Source of the DNA: Candidatus Eiseniibacteriota bacterium
GTDB taxonomy: Bacteria > Eisenbacteria > RBG-16-71-46
DNA length: 18,058 nt
Direction: 5' to 3'
Assembly: GCA_031366795.1 (NCBI GenBank)
Contig: JANLOX010000365.1
Location: 1 to 18,058, forward strand
Shown piece after piece: positions 17,666 to 18,058 of this stretch. The position numbers and the translations under genes were made by a program. Below the pieces are notes generated by a model, which did no database searches, had not been told where the DNA came from, and saw nothing but the letters and a program-made list of their open reading frames with translations. The first letter of the stretch is position 1. The number at the start of each line of letters is the position of its first letter.

Positions 17666-18058
17666 ATGCACTGGTCTGCTGCTTCCCGCATTCGCGCCGG
17701 CATCCCCGCGGTGCTGGCGATGCTGCTCTTGGATTCCCCCACATTGGCTCAGACGCCGCCCGAACGCATCGCGACGCGCAGCGCGCCGGTGAGCGCGGCG
17801 GCCCCGTTCGACGCCCGGTTCCTGGAAGGCATGATCGACCATCACGCGATGGCCGTGCACATGAGCGAGCTTTTACGGACGCAGGCCACCCATCCCGAAC
17901 TCCGGGCCCTCGGCGACACCATCGCCGCGGCCCAGACCGCCGAGATCCAGCAAATGCAGGATTGGCTCCAGCGGTGGTATGGGCGCACCCACGAGCCCTC
18001 GGCCATGATGCCGACCATGCAAGGGCTGGAGCAGTTGAAGGGACAGGCGTTTGAAAAA
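17666..18058 (+). CDS. DUF305/CopM-like exported ferritin-fold metal-binding protein, 3'-partial
   Basis: Manual translation: MHWSAASRIRAGIPAVLAMLLL...PFDARFLEGMIDHHAMAVHMSELL...HPELRALGDTIAAAQTAEIQQMQDWLQRWYG...LEQLKGQAFEK. SD GGAGGT at 17653-17658. The frame runs off the window, so it is absent from the ORF track. Confidence 0.9.
   Translation, partial: MHWSAASRIRAGIPAVLAMLLLDSPTLAQTPPERIATRSAPVSAAAPFDARFLEGMIDHHAMAVHMSELLRTQATHPELRALGDTIAAAQTAEIQQMQDWLQRWYGRTHEPSAMMPTMQGLEQLKGQAFEK

Noticed and set aside
17452..18054. 200-aa + ORF in the track
   Set aside because: Wrong frame. The DUF305 frame from 17666 has the SD and family motifs.
1..18058. CRISPR arrays, tRNA/rRNA, transposase or integrase genes
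   Set aside because: No regularly spaced repeats, RNA-gene signatures or mobility-gene motifs were seen.

Overview
This is a GC-rich bacterial window in which every credible gene lies on the + strand. It is dominated by copper/heavy-metal homeostasis genes: a 5'-truncated P1B-type Cu ATPase with an unusual CPD motif, a TolC/CusB/CusA efflux operon with a coupled exported hypothetical gene, a YHS-domain protein, a cupredoxin-like remnant, a CxxC flavin disulfide oxidoreductase and a 3'-truncated DUF305/CopM-like protein. An ABC1/UbiB kinase-phosphoketolase-acetate kinase block sits between the ATPase and the efflux operon. The most interesting element is a 141-aa leader ORF (7803-8228) directly upstream of the efflux operon. 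It has a signal peptide, a Cys/His cluster and a C-terminal RAPP motif, and is followed by a 146-nt spacer with mutually exclusive base pairings. This looks like a metal-sensing ribosome-arrest attenuator (CruR/CutF-like) controlling RND efflux. Sigma54-type -24/-12 promoter motifs precede both this leader and the DUF305 gene. All calls come from reading motifs by eye; no searches or folding programs were run.
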